Shown here: piece by piece, positions 1 through 9,032 of the stretch | Layout of the letters: every line of letters begins with the position of its first letter | How positions within the stretch are numbered: the stretch's first letter is position 1 | DNA from: Escherichia coli | GTDB lineage: Bacteria; Pseudomonadota; Gammaproteobacteria; Enterobacterales; Enterobacteriaceae | Assembly: GCA_022969815.1 (NCBI GenBank) | Contig: GCA_022969815.1_4535.1 | Strand: one strand, 5' to 3' | DNA length: 64,000 bases | Program-made: the position numbers and the translations under genes | The notes under the pieces: generated by a model | Told to the model about the DNA's origin: nothing | The model's input: the letters and a program-made list of their open reading frames with translations, nothing else | The model's database searches: none

Positions 1-10
1 GCCAAAAGCT

Positions 11-973
11 GTGCCTACCCTGCCAACAATGTCTCGTAAAGAGATTGAAGAAGTAGGTGCAGAAGCAGGTTTAACTCTCCGTTCTCTGAACGCTGAAGTG
101 CTGAAGCACCAACGTAGCAATCAAGGTGACGAAATGAGTCAACGCCTTACCGCCTTGATTAAACAAGCCAAACAGCTTGATCCTGCCTCCATTAAGCAGA
201 GTAAAGGTGTAGGTAAACTCATCAAGAAACTGATGGGGATGAAAGAAGATCTCTTCGGCGAGTTTGATAACGTGAACAACCGTATCGAAGAACTCGTTAA
301 GAATCTTCAAATGGATATCCGTAAAGAAGAAGACTCTCTGGTGTACCTGGAGAAGCTGCACCAGGCGATCGGGCAGTACGCCGCAAGTCTGAATCGTGAT
401 ATGGAATTACTCACAGCAGCTTATGAGCAAGAACTGGCTACTTTTGAAGCCACACCAGAAGATGATGTAGAAGCCCGTCAGAGCGTCCGTGACACGCTTG
501 ATCTTCTGGAGATACGTATTGCTGACTTAAAGGCATTACGCTTGCTGTGCGTGCAAATGGGGCCGCGTGTACTGGGTATGCAGAAAGTATCTGCCAGCCT
601 CATGCGTTCTGCTCGTAATATTGTGAACAATGTGATTCCTGCTTACTCTGCCAACTTCTCAATGTATATTGAAAGTCTGCGCCAGAAGAAAGCAGCAGAA
701 ACACAGAACAACGTTCTGGACGAGTTCAACCTGGCAATCAAACTGGGTAGCGATCTTGCCACACAGAATCAGATCGAAGCAGCAGCACTGGCTAACCGCC
801 AAGTGTTGGATATTGAAACCCTGCGTCACGATCAGGAAAACTTGGTTAAGATGTTGGAAGAAACTAACCGCATCAATACGGAAGCCCGTGCTGCCCGTGT
901 TGATTACATCAATGAAGTTCAATCTCTCGAAGATGGGATGGTTGATGCTGTTAAGAAGGGGCTTGGTAAATGA
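11..973 (+). CDS. TelA-like (toxic anion resistance family) all-alpha protein, tentative; may be 5'-partial (frame is open to the window edge; candidate starts GTG 11 or ATG 29)
   Basis: 320-aa ORF with no upstream stop in frame; helical, charged composition; the name rests on the TerD and vWA genes immediately downstream, not on an alignment. Confidence 0.4.
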   Translation: MPTLPTMSRKEIEEVGAEAGLTLRSLNAEVLKHQRSNQGDEMSQRLTALIKQAKQLDPASIKQSKGVGKLIKKLMGMKEDLFGEFDNVNNRIEELVKNLQMDIRKEEDSLVYLEKLHQAIGQYAASLNRDMELLTAAYEQELATFEATPEDDVEARQSVRDTLDLLEIRIADLKALRLLCVQMGPRVLGMQKVSASLMRSARNIVNNVIPAYSANFSMYIESLRQKKAAETQNNVLDEFNLAIKLGSDLATQNQIEAAALANRQVLDIETLRHDQENLVKMLEETNRINTEARAARVDYINEVQSLEDGMVDAVKKGLGK

Positions 974-1164
974 GAATCCGTATCTATATAATTGATGATA
1001 GTTTTGGTGTACGTTATGATGACGAACGTCGATTCGCACCTATGAGCAGCGTACATCCCCCAAGCATTTTAGCAAGTTTACGGAAAGATTATTCTTATGA
1101 AACTTGTAATAGTTTCGGTTTTGAGATTCTTTCAGATATAGAATTTAATGAGGAAGAAGAATGA
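970..1164 (+). CDS. hypothetical protein
   Basis: ATGA start/stop overlap with upstream gene (translational coupling); acidic C-terminus. Confidence 0.5.
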   Translation: MRIRIYIIDDSFGVRYDDERRFAPMSSVHPPSILASLRKDYSYETCNSFGFEILSDIEFNEEEE

Positions 1165-1334
1165 AAATTTTACGAGTGAGCATCGAAACAGCTTGGTGTG
1201 GATGTAGTGAGGTTGTTGATATTGAGATTGAAGAGGATATGTCTCAAGAAGATATCGAAGATCTTGCAAAAGAAACATTCCAGGATTATTGTAACTACGG
1301 GTTCCATATTTTAGAGGAGGGAGAAGATGTTTAA
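1161..1334 (+). CDS. hypothetical small acidic protein (57 aa, below ORF-track cutoff)
   Basis: ATG at 1161 overlapping upstream stop; stop TAA 1332-1334 overlaps next start at 1327; fills an otherwise empty gap. Confidence 0.4.
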   Translation: MKILRVSIETAWCGCSEVVDIEIEEDMSQEDIEDLAKETFQDYCNYGFHILEEGEDV

Positions 1335-1530
1335 CTACGAGAACGACCCTAACATTATCCAGTTAACTCGACAAGAACTGATCACAATCATGGAAGATGC
1401 TTTTATCGATGGGTGGAAGACTCAAAACTATGATTGGAGTGGCCCAGAAGACTTTCTGCGTCTTCATAAAGAGTATGACGAGTCCAGTGAGACGACTATT
1501 GCCATTGACGATCTTAAGGCAGGTGTATAA
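1327..1530 (+). CDS. hypothetical protein
   Basis: GGAGG upstream of ATG; tightly packed operon. Confidence 0.55.
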   Translation: MFNYENDPNIIQLTRQELITIMEDAFIDGWKTQNYDWSGPEDFLRLHKEYDESSETTIAIDDLKAGV

Positions 1531-2099
1531 TGGGTTGCTTTAGTTTTCTGTGTAAGGAGTCGGGCAAAGCTGCCCTCTCCACCTCTTTCGATGGATCTCC
1601 TTGCTATCTCTTTCTACTGAAAGATGGAAAGGTTATCGAAGAGATGCACGGCAATTATGATAGTTATGGGCGTGTCTTCTCCAGTAAGCAGGATGCTCAC
1701 GGGAACAGAGAAAGCTTTAAATGGACTATACCTTGGAGCGACGTTTGTGATCTTATGTTCTCTGTAAACCGTGGAGACGGTATTGCTATGGTTTTAGCAG
1801 AACACTTTACAGGAGAAGCCCCCACAGAACGATCCGAGGATGATCCTAATCAAGGTTGGGGAGACGGAGAAGAAGAGGAAGAAGAGGATTATTTCTACAG
1901 CACCGAAAATAATATTTTCAAACGTGTTGACAACCCTTATCATAAAGTGCATAATGTCCTCACTGAAACAGAAGACGACAAAATGGAAATTGAAGAAGAT
2001 GATCCTCTTGTAACACTGCCTACAAGCGAGTTACAAAAAATCATCAAAGAAGCTTACGATTTGGGCTTCAAAACTGGTAAAGGAGGAGTTAATGTTTGA
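1530..2099 (+). CDS. hypothetical protein with poly-Glu acidic stretch
   Basis: ORF with overlapping start/stop coupling; EEEEEED run. Confidence 0.55.
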   Translation: MGCFSFLCKESGKAALSTSFDGSPCYLFLLKDGKVIEEMHGNYDSYGRVFSSKQDAHGNRESFKWTIPWSDVCDLMFSVNRGDGIAMVLAEHFTGEAPTERSEDDPNQGWGDGEEEEEEDYFYSTENNIFKRVDNPYHKVHNVLTETEDDKMEIEEDDPLVTLPTSELQKIIKEAYDLGFKTGKGGVNV

Positions 2100-2364
2100 T
2101 TTTAAAATAAAAGATTCAAAACCCCAAGACGTAGCGGTTCGCTTCGAAGAGTTGGGGATTGGTGAAACTTTCATGTATTATTCAGCATACGAAGAAAATG
2201 GTTTGGATACATTTGCAAACTTAGTATTTCTTAAAAGCGGCGGCGCGACTGCTGTTTGTTTGAATAGTTCATCAAGAGGGAGTGTTCATACCGTATCCCC
2301 AGATGTGCCGATGGTTGCAGTTCGTTTAGTAGTTACCGATATTACACTTACAGAGGAGAAATAA
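2092..2364 (+). CDS. small protein, paralogue A of duplicated cassette (pairs with 3386..3667)
   Basis: N-terminus MFDFKIKDSKP and internal YSAYEENGLD match MLNFAIKKDSKP and KSAYDEDGLDP in the 3386 ORF. Confidence 0.55.
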   Translation: MFDFKIKDSKPQDVAVRFEELGIGETFMYYSAYEENGLDTFANLVFLKSGGATAVCLNSSSRGSVHTVSPDVPMVAVRLVVTDITLTEEK

Positions 2365-2365
2365 T

Positions 2366-3166
2366 ATGTCCAATAAAATTAGCCTGAAGAAACGCCAAGA
2401 CACCCTGACCATTTCACTGAAGAAAAAGAAAATCGTGAACGAAGATCAAAAGATCGTTCTGCGTGTTGCAAGTGCACTGGATATCTCCGGTAGCATGTCC
2501 AGCCTGTATCGTAACGGTACTGTAAGTGAGTTTGTTGGTAAGTTGCTTCCGTTTGGTATGCTGTTCGATGATAACGCGCAGATCGATATGTGGGCTTTCA
2601 ACAATAGCTCTCGTGAAATCACTCCAGCAACTGCTGATGTGTATGATGATTACGTTGGTAAATGCATTAATGGTCGTGTAACAGTCCAGGGTGGCACAAG
2701 CTATGCACCTGTTATGCAGGATATTTACGATTCCTACTTCGGTAGCACCACTAAATATGAAACTGTAGAAACTCCTGTAACCAAAGAAGTTCCTAAGAAA
2801 GGTTTCTTCAACCGTTTACTGGGTAAAACTGAAACTGTAGAAGCTGTTGTAGAAAAAACTGTAGCCGTTGCTGTGCCTGGTGTAGACGTTACTCCGGCAG
2901 TTGTGTTCTTCCAGACAGATGGTGAGAACGATGATCCGAGCCGTGTACTCTCCGTACTGGAAAAGAACAAGGGTAAACCTATCTACTGGTTCATGGTGGG
3001 TGTTGGTAGTGCTCGTTTCTCTTTCCTGAAAGATTTGGCTGAAGCTTACGACAACGTAGCATTCATTGGTCTGAACGATCTTTCCTTGACAGACGAGCAG
3101 CTTTACGATAAACTCTTGTCTGAAGAGTTCGGTGAGTGGGTCGAAAAGGTTGGTGCTAAGAAATGA
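2366..3166 (+). CDS. vWA-domain protein with TerD-like N-terminal tag (TerY-like)
   Basis: N-terminus MSNKISLKK...ISLKK nearly identical to the TerD ORF at 3683; DxSxS MIDAS-like motif (DISGSMSS) typical of von Willebrand A domains. Confidence 0.6.
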   Translation: MSNKISLKKRQDTLTISLKKKKIVNEDQKIVLRVASALDISGSMSSLYRNGTVSEFVGKLLPFGMLFDDNAQIDMWAFNNSSREITPATADVYDDYVGKCINGRVTVQGGTSYAPVMQDIYDSYFGSTTKYETVETPVTKEVPKKGFFNRLLGKTETVEAVVEKTVAVAVPGVDVTPAVVFFQTDGENDDPSRVLSVLEKNKGKPIYWFMVGVGSARFSFLKDLAEAYDNVAFIGLNDLSLTDEQLYDKLLSEEFGEWVEKVGAKK

Positions 3167-3405
3167 TCGACACGCTGATCTCTCAAACGGTGTTACAAGT
3201 GATGCGCGAGAGAGAAGCTTTCATCATGAAGGGTCTTAAAGATTACTTTGGGACTCTTTCTTTGGAAGAACTCAAGCTACGCGTTGAAATCCATCAGTAT
3301 CCTTTTTATGAAGAATGGATTGACAAAGCAAATAAAGCTGTTATAATGCGTATCAACAAACCAGAAATCACGACAGGAGGACAAGATGTTAAATTTCGCC
3401 ATTAA
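3163..3405 (+). CDS. hypothetical protein
   Basis: ORF overlapping upstream stop. Confidence 0.5.
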   Translation: MIDTLISQTVLQVMREREAFIMKGLKDYFGTLSLEELKLRVEIHQYPFYEEWIDKANKAVIMRINKPEITTGGQDVKFRH

Positions 3406-3667
3406 GAAAGATAGCAAACCAGAGATTCAGACTTGTCGCATTGCAAATCTTACACATCGGGATTTGTTTGTTCTGAAAAGCGCCTACGATGAAGACGGTC
3501 TTGACCCAGAAGCAGTCATCGTTTATATGGTATTGCGGCGAGACGAAGACACCAAGCACCCATATAATGCGGTAGAAATGAATTACAATGCAATGTTGTG
3601 TTCAATACACCATACGGCAGAGTTGGTGCAGGTAGAGTTAACAGTTAACGAAATTAAACTTAAATAA
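3386..3667 (+). CDS. small protein, paralogue B of duplicated cassette
   Basis: Shares N-terminal and internal motifs with 2092..2364; sits immediately upstream of the TerD gene in the same arrangement. Confidence 0.55.
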   Translation: MLNFAIKKDSKPEIQTCRIANLTHRDLFVLKSAYDEDGLDPEAVIVYMVLRRDEDTKHPYNAVEMNYNAMLCSIHHTAELVQVELTVNEIKLK

Positions 3668-3682
3668 TAGAGGAGACATATA

Positions 3683-4285
3683 ATGAGCGATAAAATTTCC
3701 CTGAAAAAAGGTTCCACCGACAAGATTTCCCTGAAGAAAGTTGCTCCGGCACTGAAAGAACTGCGTCTGGAGTTCTCCTGGAAATCAAACTCTAAACTGG
3801 ATCTGGATGTAAGCGCACTGGTATGCCGACACAACGCTTCTGGCAACCCTGAAATGCTGTCTGCACGTCATCTGGTTTGTTATGCTAACAAGTTTGATCC
3901 AGAACGTTCTGTATTCGCGGGTGATGATGTTCGTGACGGTACTGGTCAAATGGAACAGATCGATGTAACCTTGGCTAAGATCTCCGATAAAGCCGAAGAG
4001 ATTGCTTTTGTCCTGACTATTGATGATGAAACGGGTCAGAAACGTCTGGGTCACGCTACTGAAGGTATGCTGAAGATTTTCGATTCCGAACGTAACGTAG
4101 AGATCCTGGACTTCGACTTCCTGGCTCCTGAAGTAGCTGGTAACACGATCTGCCACGTAGCTTCCTTGGTTCGTGAAGACGGCGAATGGAAACTGAAAGC
4201 TTACGGTGTTGGTAAAGCAGGTATGGATATCTGTGATGTGGTTATGGCCTTCGGTGGTCAGAAAGAATGGTATGATTGCCCGTAA
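3683..4285 (+). CDS. TerD-family protein (tellurium-resistance / Ca-binding TerD domain)
   Basis: ISLKK repeats at N-terminus, GDDVRDGTGQ Ca-binding-like motif, GEWKLKAYGVG near C-terminus; matches my recollection of bacterial TerD; RBS AGGAGA upstream. Confidence 0.65.
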   Translation: MSDKISLKKGSTDKISLKKVAPALKELRLEFSWKSNSKLDLDVSALVCRHNASGNPEMLSARHLVCYANKFDPERSVFAGDDVRDGTGQMEQIDVTLAKISDKAEEIAFVLTIDDETGQKRLGHATEGMLKIFDSERNVEILDFDFLAPEVAGNTICHVASLVREDGEWKLKAYGVGKAGMDICDVVMAFGGQKEWYDCP

Positions 4286-4382
4286 GATTTAACTGAAATG
4301 TTGTTGGGGGAGAAATCCCCCATTGCAAAAACGCCTCTCATGTGTTATACTGGTAGTTCATTCACCCAAAAGGAGGCAAAAT

Positions 4383-4904
4383 TTGCTGATAAAAAACTTT
4401 GTAACAGTTGCGTTACTATCCTTAACTGCTTTTACATTTACACCTGTCACGGCAACCGCCGAAGCTGCAAACGTAAAGACTGCTAAAGTAGTTCACAAAT
4501 GTGCAAAGCAAGATACTAAAGAAAATCTCTTAGCTTGTGCAATTTACGCTGAAAGTCGTAATCAGGGTAAACGTGGAATGTATGCTGTAGGTAACGTAGT
4601 ATTGAACAGGAAAGGTGATGATTACTTCCCTGACAATATTAAAGATATTCTCTTCCAACGGGGACAATTCTCTTACAGGAAGAAGTTTAACGTTACTGAA
4701 GCAGAGCGATGGAAAGAAGCTAAAGCTATCGCAAAACGACTTATATACCTGGATACAAACTTCCCTACACTTAGAGAAGCCCAGGACATGACAAAAGGTG
4801 CGACATTTTTTAAGAAAGTAAAAACCCGTGCACACTGGACAAAAGATATGGTCTTAGTGTATCGTTATAAAGAACATCAGTTCTACTCACCGACAAGGAG
4901 CTAA
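4383..4904 (+). CDS. SleB-like cell wall hydrolase with N-terminal signal peptide (endolysin candidate); likely TTG start at 4383
   Basis: AAGGAGG at 4371-4377 followed by TTG 4383; hydrophobic signal VTVALLSLTAFTFTPVTATAEA; CAIYAESRNQ...GMYAVGNVVLNR resembles the SleB/Hydrolase_2 family. The ORF track shows a longer 4323 start. Confidence 0.55.
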   Translation: MLIKNFVTVALLSLTAFTFTPVTATAEAANVKTAKVVHKCAKQDTKENLLACAIYAESRNQGKRGMYAVGNVVLNRKGDDYFPDNIKDILFQRGQFSYRKKFNVTEAERWKEAKAIAKRLIYLDTNFPTLREAQDMTKGATFFKKVKTRAHWTKDMVLVYRYKEHQFYSPTRS

Positions 4905-4905
4905 T

Positions 4906-5190
4906 ATGCGAGAAGATAATACTGTTGTTGTTGCGAGCTATCTCGTTATCGGTTTAACCGAAGAAGATGTGTACTACATTCGTAAAGGTTTGGAAGCTTA
5001 CGCTACCCTCTTCATGGAAGACGAAAGCGATGTTGATAAATATTCCGTGGAGTTGATCAACGACAGTATTTATCCTTGCATAGCTCTTAAAGTAGATGCT
5101 GTTCTGTGGGAGCGTTTTGCAAGAAGTCACGATGCTATTGAATCTTCAATGGTTATGACACAAAACAACATTTTGGGGGTGATTCACTAA
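4906..5190 (+). CDS. hypothetical protein
   Basis: ORF with AGGAG upstream. Confidence 0.5.
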   Translation: MREDNTVVVASYLVIGLTEEDVYYIRKGLEAYATLFMEDESDVDKYSVELINDSIYPCIALKVDAVLWERFARSHDAIESSMVMTQNNILGVIH

Positions 5191-5420
5191 TGGCAGATAT
5201 CATTGAGGTAAACTTCCGTACTCGGAAGAAAGTAGAGAAATATACAATATTGAAAAGTGTTTGCGTTGTTTGTTTCAATAGTGTAATCTACGATTCAAGA
5301 AAGGGCGAAGACGGTAATGAGCCGTATATCGAACTGTCAAAGGGCAACGGTAGTTGCATTTGTAAAGCTTGTGCTGTTCAGATTAAGGGGGTTGTTGATG
5401 AAAACGAATGGGATAAATAA
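5190..5420 (+). CDS. hypothetical zinc-ribbon protein
   Basis: CxxC...CxxC pairs (CVVC, CICKAC). Confidence 0.45.
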   Translation: MADIIEVNFRTRKKVEKYTILKSVCVVCFNSVIYDSRKGEDGNEPYIELSKGNGSCICKACAVQIKGVVDENEWDK

Positions 5421-5592
5421 TACAGGGGAACTTTCTCTTGAGAACGTAACAAACGACAAACTGATTAAAATGCGAGATGTAGCTTTGGATCATCTCCAAG
5501 ACTCCTTCAAGGAATATATGGAAGCACGGGATCGTGTGCTTGAGATTCGTCAAGCAATGGTTAAACGCGGAATGGTAGTGGATTCTAAGTAA
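5398..5592 (+). CDS. hypothetical protein (start chosen at internal ATG preceded by GGGGG)
   Basis: Track ORF 5317..5592 overlaps the previous gene heavily; ATG 5398 reduces the overlap to 23 nt. Confidence 0.35.
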   Translation: MKTNGINNTGELSLENVTNDKLIKMRDVALDHLQDSFKEYMEARDRVLEIRQAMVKRGMVVDSK

Positions 5593-5601
5593 GGGGTTAG
5601 T

Positions 5602-6165
5602 ATGATTTATTATATTACCCCGTATCTGACTGGAGATATCGGCAAAGCAATTAACGATGCTATTGCCGTTCTTCATGAAGATAGTTGGGTGTGTTTACGT
5701 GATACAGATACCATGTTCTTACTGCCAGACCAACCTTCCATGTTGGAAGATTTGGTAGCAACCAACCCACCGTTCGATGTAATCGGTGCATCCTGTAACC
5801 GTTTAGGCAGTAGTTATCAACTCCTCGGCGGAAAGATTGATGATGATCCTGACATTCTGAACCATATTTCTCATGCCAAAGTTGCTCGTGATTACTATGG
5901 TGATGAAATTGAGGAAGTCCCACAAGGCACTCCCTTGGCAGGTTTCTTCCTATTGTTCAGGAAATCATTATGGAAGGAGATCCCTTTTGAAGAACGTAGC
6001 ATCCAGTTCGATATAATCTTCTCAAACACTTTACATGAACGAGGGAAAAGGTTAGGATTGATGCGTGGGATGTATCTCTTCCACATTTACCGTTTAGGTC
6101 AAAAAGATCCTCAACGGGCAATATCACACCTCATGCATTGTCATGATCACCGGAAAACTATTTAG
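5602..6165 (+). CDS. hypothetical protein (possibly glycosylation-associated)
   Basis: ORF directly upstream of the glycosyltransferase block. Confidence 0.5.
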   Translation: MIYYITPYLTGDIGKAINDAIAVLHEDSWVCLRDTDTMFLLPDQPSMLEDLVATNPPFDVIGASCNRLGSSYQLLGGKIDDDPDILNHISHAKVARDYYGDEIEEVPQGTPLAGFFLLFRKSLWKEIPFEERSIQFDIIFSNTLHERGKRLGLMRGMYLFHIYRLGQKDPQRAISHLMHCHDHRKTI

Positions 6166-6173
6166 GGGGAAAG

Positions 6174-6857
6174 ATGGAAAATGTTAAAATTGGGGTTGGC
6201 GTTATCACTGTAGGCGTTCGTCCACTTAAAGATTACATGGTTGCACCTGGTGTAGACTTCAAAGTGTTTCACGATCCCGATCGTAAAGGTGTAGCTTATG
6301 CTCGCAACCAATTGATGAAACAGTTCTACGATGAAGGTTTTGACTACTGGTTTATTTTCGACGATGATTGCTATCCAGTTAAACGTGGTTGGGAAGAATA
6401 CTTCGTTAACCAGGCTGTCGAGAATGGTTGGGACTTCTTCGGTATGCCAGAATACTTCAAAGATACTGTGATCGGTTGTTCTGGAGAAGTAGTCTTCTGG
6501 GAATTGGCTATGTGTCAGTTTGCAATGTATTCTCGTGCAATTGTTGAGACGATGGGTTATTTCCGCCCGTATACGCACGGATATGGTTTTGAAGATGCGG
6601 AATGGACTAACCGTCTGAAAGCTTCAGGTTTGAATAAAGGACTCCAGGGCGTACCTTGCCCGATGCGCATTATGGCGTACATTCACCCCGACGATGTTTT
6701 CGGAGACAACCCTTTACCTTTTGCGAATCTGACGAAAGAAGAGAAAGAAGCAGCAATCGGGATCAACTGGGAAGAATACAAACTATCTTTGGAGGATATC
6801 AATAATGGCAAAACATACATCTCTTTTGAAGAGGCTGAAGGATATGGCGTTAAATAA
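6174..6857 (+). CDS. putative GT-A-like glycosyltransferase
   Basis: DDD (DxD-like) motif in FIFDDDCYP; GGAAAG RBS-like upstream. Confidence 0.4.
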   Translation: MENVKIGVGVITVGVRPLKDYMVAPGVDFKVFHDPDRKGVAYARNQLMKQFYDEGFDYWFIFDDDCYPVKRGWEEYFVNQAVENGWDFFGMPEYFKDTVIGCSGEVVFWELAMCQFAMYSRAIVETMGYFRPYTHGYGFEDAEWTNRLKASGLNKGLQGVPCPMRIMAYIHPDDVFGDNPLPFANLTKEEKEAAIGINWEEYKLSLEDINNGKTYISFEEAEGYGVK

Positions 6858-7791
6858 GAAACCAACCCTACTGTGCGATAACAAATTCAACAGTGGTTGT
6901 GATTATCATCGCATTGTTATGCCATTTTCTCACATAGAGATCAAGCCACGTACTGATGTACTGGTCTTTAACCGCATCTTCTCGAAAGGTTCTGATGAAG
7001 TAGCCAAACTTAAGCGTCAAGGTGTTAAGATTGTTGTAGATTTGGATGATTTCTATCAGTTGAATCCAGAGCACTACCTTGCGCATCTGTACGCGCCAAA
7101 CACCCGCACCATTGTGGAAATGGTTAAATTGGCAGATGCGGTCATCGTGACAACAGAATACCTGGCATATAAAATTCGTCACTTAAACTCTAATGTTGTT
7201 GTGATCCGAAATGCTCTACCGTTCGATGATGACCAGTTCACTCTCTCGAATGATCGTACTTCGGGTACGCCTATTATCTGGGCTGGAGGTGCAAGTCATG
7301 AGCCTGATTTACGTTTGCTTTCAAATACTTTTGATGATAGTCTGTTGTCTATCGCAGGGTATGAAGCGAGCAGCACAGTGACAGGGCAAGAGTGGGTTAA
7401 GATTCGCCGTAGTTTGCCTAATGCGCAGTATAAACCTGCTGTACATTCTTTGGATGAGTATATGTCGGCATACGATGGTCACGCTATGGCGGTAGCCCCG
7501 TTAGTAGATAATGACTTCAACCATTGCAAGAGCAACCTGAAAGTATTAGAAGCTGGTGCTAAAGGCATTCCAATCGTTTGTTCTAAGGTATTACCTTACT
7601 ACAACCCGATCGATGCCCGTGCAGTAACCTTCGCAGATAGCAAGGCAGAGTGGCACTATGAAGTTGTAAAACTACTTCGTAATCCAAACTACCGTGAAGA
7701 TCGTGGACTGTTCTTGGCTGAACATGTTCGTACTCATTACAACTTGAAGGATGCAAACGAATTGCGTCGTCAAGTGATCGAAAGTCTATAG
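6805..7791 (+). CDS. putative GT-B fold glycosyltransferase, tandem paralogue 1
   Basis: C-terminal LEAGAKGIPIVCS resembles the GT-B EX7E region; strong similarity to the next ORF (CDYHRIVMP, PFDDDQFTL, YDGH..APL.DN.FN.CKSNLKVLEAGAKG); true start may be the internal ATG near 6844. Confidence 0.5.
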   Translation: MAKHTSLLKRLKDMALNKKPTLLCDNKFNSGCDYHRIVMPFSHIEIKPRTDVLVFNRIFSKGSDEVAKLKRQGVKIVVDLDDFYQLNPEHYLAHLYAPNTRTIVEMVKLADAVIVTTEYLAYKIRHLNSNVVVIRNALPFDDDQFTLSNDRTSGTPIIWAGGASHEPDLRLLSNTFDDSLLSIAGYEASSTVTGQEWVKIRRSLPNAQYKPAVHSLDEYMSAYDGHAMAVAPLVDNDFNHCKSNLKVLEAGAKGIPIVCSKVLPYYNPIDARAVTFADSKAEWHYEVVKLLRNPNYREDRGLFLAEHVRTHYNLKDANELRRQVIESL

Positions 7792-8742
7792 GTGTCTATG
7801 GGACAAATTATTCTTGACAATCGTGCTGGAAAAGAATATAGTGTCTGCGATTATCACCGAGTAATGCTGCCTTACACAAGGCAGTTCTCGGCTCAACCGT
7901 CACAGAACGTATATGTCTTTAACGGTGTCCCTACAAAAGGGAAACAAGGTTTCATAGCCCTTAAGAGCATGGGTTTTAAGATGGTAATGGATTTGGATGA
8001 CTCCTTAAACATTCCTCAAGGACACATGCTGGAAGACATTTTTGATGCAGGTATTCGAGAAGACTTGCAATGGTTTCTTGAACGTAGCGATCTTGTGACG
8101 ACAACAACACCTGCTCTCCAGGTGGAACTGTCCCAGTACAATCCTAACGTACATATTATTCCAAATGGCTTACCGTTTGATGAGGATCAGTTCACGTTAA
8201 CTCGTGATCGCTATTCCAAATCGCCGATAGTATGGGCTGGAAGTGAAACACATAAACAAGATTTAGCTCTACTGCCGAATTTTGGAAGGGATTTAACAAT
8301 CTGCGGATTCCGTAGAGATAGTGAAGTCTTAAGTAGTAAGCAATGGACTGACATACGTGAAAAAGTGGCTCCAAGCTGCAATTATGAGGCTGTTAGACCA
8401 TATGAGAGCTATATGGAATCTTATGATGGTCATCAAATAATGCTTGCGCCTTTGACCGATAACCTGTTTAATAACGCCAAAAGTAACCTTAAGATTCTGG
8501 AGGCTGGTGCCAAGGGTCTGCCTTTGGTCTGTTCTCCTCGTGAGAATTACTTCACAGAAGAGTTTAAGGATTTACTGTTCTTTGCAGAATCAAGAAGTGA
8601 ATGGGAAGATATTGTTAATTACCTGATCCAAGAACCTGATGTGGGGATCGAGAAGGGATTGGCTTTAGCTAAATATGTTCGTAAGCATTATCACATTGAT
8701 GTGCTGAATGAACGCCGTAGATTATTATTTGAGGAGCTATAA
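7792..8742 (+). CDS. putative GT-B fold glycosyltransferase, tandem paralogue 2 (start GTG 7792 or ATG 7798)
   Basis: Shares motifs with paralogue 1 (CDYHRVMLP, PFDEDQFTL, YDGH..APL.DN.FNNAKSNLKILEAGAKG). Confidence 0.5.
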   Translation: MSMGQIILDNRAGKEYSVCDYHRVMLPYTRQFSAQPSQNVYVFNGVPTKGKQGFIALKSMGFKMVMDLDDSLNIPQGHMLEDIFDAGIREDLQWFLERSDLVTTTTPALQVELSQYNPNVHIIPNGLPFDEDQFTLTRDRYSKSPIVWAGSETHKQDLALLPNFGRDLTICGFRRDSEVLSSKQWTDIREKVAPSCNYEAVRPYESYMESYDGHQIMLAPLTDNLFNNAKSNLKILEAGAKGLPLVCSPRENYFTEEFKDLLFFAESRSEWEDIVNYLIQEPDVGIEKGLALAKYVRKHYHIDVLNERRRLLFEEL

Positions 8743-9020
8743 TGCTGAATACTTTTGATTTTGAGTACACTACGAAAAGTGGTTTTAATGTTGTGGTGGA
8801 AGTTGATTATTACTACGAAGAACCTGATCCACACTCACGGGAAAGTGATTGGGATTACCACGGTGGGTTACTGATCGACGGTATCCGTTTCTATGCGGGT
8901 CTGGAACAGCTTGATGCGGAAGATATTAACGTGACCGTAACAGAAATCGCATACCAATTCAAAAAACATATGGAGGCATTAGAAGCCGCGTACATGATGG
9001 AAACTAACGAATCATTTTAA
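8742..9020 (+). CDS. hypothetical protein
   Basis: ATGA-coupled ORF. Confidence 0.5.
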   Translation: MLNTFDFEYTTKSGFNVVVEVDYYYEEPDPHSRESDWDYHGGLLIDGIRFYAGLEQLDAEDINVTVTEIAYQFKKHMEALEAAYMMETNESF

Positions 9021-9032
9021 CAGGAGAGGATT

